Source: Tubiluchus corallicola
Lineage: Eukaryota > Animalia > Priapulida
DNA length: 31,657 bases
NCBI GenBank assembly: GCA_030141605.1
Contig: JAQGDQ010001632.1
Span: forward strand, 1-31,657
Direction: 5' to 3'
Made by a program: the position numbers and the translations under genes. Below are positions 23,950 to 31,657 of the stretch, piece after piece. The stretch's first letter is position 1. The number at the start of each line of letters is the position of its first letter. A model generated the notes under the pieces. The model worked only from the letters and a program-made list of their open reading frames with translations, ran no database searches and was not told where the DNA came from.

Positions 23950-25071
23950 ACATTGAGTAAAGCTTGAAAAAATAATCACAGCATTCGTAGCGCACACTTC
24001 ACTAACTGAACTTAAAATTTTAAATTACTGTGTTTTGTCAATTAGATTAAAAATACGTTTTTGGCTAGTGAGTGGTGCACCCTGGAGGTGAGTTGACGAT
24101 ATTTTACCATTTGGTAAAAACATTTTAAATAATTGATGATTTTTTTCTAGTAGCATAAGTCCTTCAAGCAGGTGAGCGAAACGATAAGTATTATAATTTT
24201 GCATGGAAAGTTTTCAGGGACAAAGTTTAACATTTCCTTTTCTTCCTCTGATTTACGTGGCGTAGTGACGTCATGTAATGGCGACTTCGGAACAGTATTG
24301 TGGGAGATTTTAAATGAAAACAAACAAAAAATTCTTTCAACTTGAGTGTGATACACGCATAAAATTTCTATAAAGTTTTATATTTTTAAGGGTATTTTTC
24401 TGAAACCTACTTCACCTACCCCTTTCTTGTCCTTTAAGAAACCTTGTTAAACCAACACGTTCAAGTCTTTCATGAAATAACTTAACATTTCCTGCAGTAA
24501 CTAATGGCGAATCATTTACGGAAGCTGGTCATGAGTTCCGCATTGGAACGACACGATTTGAGAAAAATTCATGAAAATGTGTCTCACCTGTACGCCTTGC
24601 AAAGAGCTTTAAAGAACAAAAGAAGGGACACCTGAAGGAGATCTCCTAGAAATTACTTTACAGCAATTTTATGCGCATATCGTATTTGCGTTAAATGGAA
24701 TTTTTGTTTGTTTTTAATTAAAATCTCCCACAATACTGTTCTGACGGCGCCATTACATGACGTCACCTACGCAAACGTAAATCAGGAGAAGAAAAGGAAA
24801 TGTTAAATTATGACCCAAAAAAACGTTCCATACAAAGTTATGTTACTTAGCATTTCGCTTACCTGCTTGAAAGACTTAACTAACTAGAAATAATAATTTA
24901 AAATGTCTGTGCCAACTGGATAAATGTTACTGACTTCCCCTCCAGGGTGCGCCACTCACTAATGAAAAACGTATTTTTAATCTTATTGACTAGATGTAGT
25001 AGTTTAAAATTTCACTTAGTAACATTCGTGTGCTACGAATCTCTGAATAGTTTTTCAAACTTCTCACAGTG
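23950..25071. mobile_element. Two diverged copies of a TTAA-ended (Kolobok-like) element end in inverted orientation: 23950-24437 and 24609-25071
   Basis: Colinear inverted blocks such as aacagtattgtgggagatttta / taaaatctcccacaatactgtt and ccctggagg / cctccaggg. Inner ends are GTCCT|TTAA and TTAA|AGAAC. The superfamily call is inferred. Confidence 0.6.
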
Positions 25072-25284
25072 TTTTGCGTCATATTTGTTTTTCGTTTTGG
25101 TCAAGTAAGTAGACTTGACTATGTATAAAGAAATGCATATTGAATCAGCAATGGTTTCCCAACTAGGGAGATATGGTTCCAATATCTGAAAGAGAGGGGG
25201 AATAAGTTATGTGGCAGCAAGTGCAAGTTAAACAGAGTAGTTCAAGTGTTGAAGGGCCATCGGAACCACGTGCCCTCGGCACTT

Positions 25285-26045
25285 CAGCCATCGTCTCTTT
25301 GTTGGCTTCTTTCTGGACCTGGAGTGTTGGCTTCTTCGAGGACTGTCCATGTTAACTTCAACCATCGTCTCACTGTTGGTTCTGTACCTGGATTGTTGGC
25401 TTCTTCGAGGACTGTACATGTTAATTTCAGTCGTCGTCCTACTGTTGGTTCTGTACCTGGATTGTTGGCTTCTTCGAGGACTGTACATGTTAATTTCAGT
25501 CGTCGTCCTACTGTTGGTTCTGTACCTGGAGTGTTGGCTTCTTCGAGGACTGTACGTGTTAATTTCAGTCGTCGTCCTACTGTTGGTTCTGTACCTGGAG
25601 AGTTGGCTTCTTCGAGGACTGTACGTGTTAATTTCAGCCATCGTCCTACTGTTGGTTTTGTACCTGGATTGTTGGCTTCTTCGAGGACCGTACGTGTTAA
25701 TTTCAGCCGTCGTCCTACTTTGGTTCTGTACCTGGATTGTTGGCTTCTTCGAGGACCGTACGTGTTAATTTCAGTCGTCGTCCTACTGTTGGTTCTGTAC
25801 CTGGAGAGTTGGCTTCTTCGAGGACTGTACGTGTTAATTTCAACCGTCGTCCTACTTTGGTTCTGTACCTGGATTGTTGGCTTCTTCGAGGACCGTACGT
25901 GTTAATTTCAGCCGTCGTCCTACTTTGGTTCTGTACCTGGATTGTTGGCTTCTTCGAGGACCGTACGTGTTAATTTCAACCATCGTCCTACTGTTGGTTC
26001 TGTACCTGGAGTGTTGGCTTCTTCGAGGACTGTTCATGTTAACAT
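25285..26045. repeat. 69-bp minisatellite with 67-bp variants, about 11 copies (intronic)
   Basis: Unit gttggcttcttcgaggactgtacgtgttaatttcagtcgtcgtcctactgttggttctgtacctggatt. Confidence 0.96.
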
Positions 26046-26844
26046 CAGACCATTTGGTGAAAACAGGAATATCATTGACTTTTTGAGTGACGTGTTGACA
26101 CTCCCTTCGATGAAAAGAGGGTCTTTGCAACAATATTTTGAAACAGTGGTGAACCAAAGCACCAAAATCGCAATAATACAGCATCTGTGTTGTGCCTGCG
26201 CATAGTGTAACCTGGGCAGATCTTTATTTTGATCATTATCATAATCACGTCATATGCCCATTACGTCAATAAGCCTTTTCACAGTTCTAACGATTTGTGA
26301 TGATCATGAAAAGGTCAAAGGTTAAGTGTAACAGACAACGCATTTGTGTGCACTTGACAAAGCGTCGCAGTCCAAGCTATTGTAATATTAACATCTAGCT
26401 AAAACCTTACCTAGTTTATTTTTTCTTGTTCCCAAGCAAGATTCTGCTAGTTAACCACTCGACGCAGCAGACTAATGCATAAGTAGGCAAAGTCGACGTA
26501 AACAGCTAATGTTACTGAACTGATGCGGCAGTCGGCTTTGCTTTACCAACATGTCACGTCAGATTGTATTTAAAATGCGTTGATGTGGTACACATAGCCT
26601 TTGACCTACAGCAACTGCGCGTGCGCACAATGAAACCGTGAAAATGCTTTTTGTAGACATGTCTAAAATAAAAAAATCTGTTTTCAAGACAGGTAAACAC
26701 AGCAATAATCCAGCAAAGAAAACTATACGCTGCTGTGTCAGCACAACTTACGAAAACCTAAAAACTAAAAAAAATCTTACAAAAAACAAGATTTTCCTGA
26801 AATTCTTGGTGAAAAGTTAGCGAAATTCGTGAGAAACTACTGAC

Positions 26845-26911
26845 CTGAAGAGAGGGGCAGAAGTACAAACATTCCAATTGTAAAAACACTTCCATACATG
26901 AGAGTAGCCAT
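26845..26911 (-). CDS. Coding exon 1 of a secreted Kunitz-LDLa-TSP1 protein: start codon and signal peptide (MATLMYGSVFTIGMFVLLPLSS)
   Basis: ATG in CCAATGG context with an in-frame TAA upstream. Hydrophobic 22-aa stretch, then phase-1 donor CAG|gtcagt. Joins the Kunitz exon as G|CT (Ala), giving a plausible SSA cleavage site. Upstream acceptor ttcattcacag| at 27020-27021 implies a spliced 5' UTR. Confidence 0.75.
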
Positions 26912-27844
26912 TGGTTTAACAAAACGCACTAGTTGTAACTCCTGGAAGTTCTCCAGCAAATAGGTTTACTTCCGCATCCGTGGAATTAAGATTTCTTTGT
27001 GATCAGTTACAGCTCCTGTCTGTGAATGAATAACAAGCTCATTTTTTCACAAATTAACATAATTTTCAACTTAATTTTTACATTAGATTCTTTTGTCTGT
27101 TACAAGTTTTTTTAGGTCAAAGCTACAACAAATTATCGAGCTAATTAAAAACTGGCCAAAAATATCGGTAAAAAAATTTCAACTTACATTACACCTTGTT
27201 GAATGACAAAGTTTGCCTCAAATATCAAAACGCACAAACTAATTAATGTGTTTCTCAGTTTAAATTTAAGCTTGAAATAATCTTTTGTGCAAAAGTAGTA
27301 AAGCCTTTCTAGCTGAGAGTAGACGCACGCAGTATCTTGGAGTTTCGAATTTGTGCTGGTAAGTTAAATATTCTATCAAAAACACAATGCACAAATACGC
27401 TCTACCAGTCATTCTAAGTCAAAGATGGAATTTCTTTTTTACTCCACAAAATTTGAAAAGCTAAAATTCCAAATAGGCCTTCTAATAGGTGTATTATTGC
27501 TCTAAATAGAATGGAGTCGTTTTCGTCAAAACATTCAACACTTCTGATACAATTCATTGTTTGAACGTCATTACTATTGCGCCAGTCCAATAGCAATACC
27601 TATAGTATAAGCAGTCCATTAGATATAGCAGGATTTGTAGTTCGCGTTTCTCGAAGAATGTAGCGTCAAAACACTGGGCAAAGGAGGTCAGCTGACGCAG
27701 GACTGAACGCGACATTGTCTGACCCTCACATGGAATTCCCTGCACACGGCAACTTTTGTACTTAGCAAATCGTGTAATTTGTAGCATCAGTAAACAATCA
27801 TAATCATCGTTATTCATTCAATCTTACGTTCATGGACAGAATGT

Positions 27845-30965
<3,121 letters not shown>

Positions 30966-31657
30966 TGCACAGAGAAAGGTGGGATTGTAAAGATGGTGAA
31001 AAATAGGCTCAGTAGTTGCACCAGTGCATGATAAAGGTGGATTTGTAAAGATAGAGTAAGTAAAATGTTCTTTAGTTGTACCAGTTCACAGAGAGGTGGA
31101 TTTGTAAAGATGGAGTAAGTAACAGGCTCAGTAGTTGCACCAGTGCATAGAGAAAGGTTGATTTGTAAAGATAGAGAAGTAATAGTCTAAGTAGTTGCAC
31201 CAGTGCACAGAGAAAGTGGATTTGTAAAGATGGAGTAAGTAACAGGCTCAGTAGTTGCACCAGTGCACAGAGAAAGGTGGATTTGTAAAGATAGAGTGTA
31301 ATATGTTAAGTAGTTGCACGTGCACAGAGAAAGGTGGGTTTGTAAAGATGGTGTAAGTAATAGGCTCAGTAGTTGCACCAGTGCACAGAGAAAGGTGGAT
31401 TTGTAAAGATAGAGTAAGTAACAGGTTCAGTAGTTGCACCAGTGCACAGAGAAAGGTGGATTTGTAAAGATAGAGTAAGTAACAGGCTCAGTAGTTGCAC
31501 CAGTGCACAGAGAAAGGTTGATTTGTAAAGATAGAGTAAGTAACAGTCTCAGTAGTTGCATCAGTGCACAGAGAAAGATGGATTTGTAAAGATAGAGTAA
31601 GTAACAGGCTAAGTAGTTGCATCAGTGAACAGAGAAAGGTGGATTTGTAAAGATAGA
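30966..31657 (+). repeat. 61-bp minisatellite in plus orientation, running off the window; abuts minus-orientation copies at ~30469-30965
   Basis: Same unit as 15561-16940; orientation switches at caacctttct|tgcacagagaaagg. Confidence 0.95.

Noticed and set aside
24588-24645. Extra minus-strand exon ending CAG|gtgaga
   Set aside because: The phase-1 frame hits a stop or ends in the wrong phase, and it overlaps a transposon end.
25228-26205. 23-aa repeat ORFs on both strands
   Set aside because: The 69-bp unit is stop-poor by chance, 67-bp variants shift the frame, and there is no splice or domain support.
27600-27706. Candidate non-coding first exon (TCAGT initiator, TAG|gtattg donor)
   Set aside because: Motifs are too short to separate from chance.

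Overview
AT-rich eukaryotic (animal-like) genomic DNA, not prokaryotic; most ORF-track entries are repeat or transposon artefacts. The main gene is missed by the ORF track. It is a spliced minus-strand gene of five GT-AG exons (ATG at 26911, last supported exon 11769-11901) whose phases join in frame into a ~231-aa secreted protein: signal peptide, 4-cysteine Kunitz domain, LDLa module, Thr-rich linker, TSP1 repeat, then an RRRAR basic site. It may continue further. Around it lie two near-identical ~2-2.4 kb inverted duplications (1-2072/4158-6229 and ~16444-18872/~28537-30965), a tandem duplication (6420-8248), three hAT-type insertions with 8-bp TSDs, decayed LINE and Penelope-like fragments, TTAA-ended Kolobok-like termini, and many micro- and minisatellites. 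The most unusual structure is the second inverted pair, which brackets the gene's 5' end and first three coding exons, so recombination between the arms would flip the 5' half of the gene. All alignments were done by eye; repeat boundaries are approximate.
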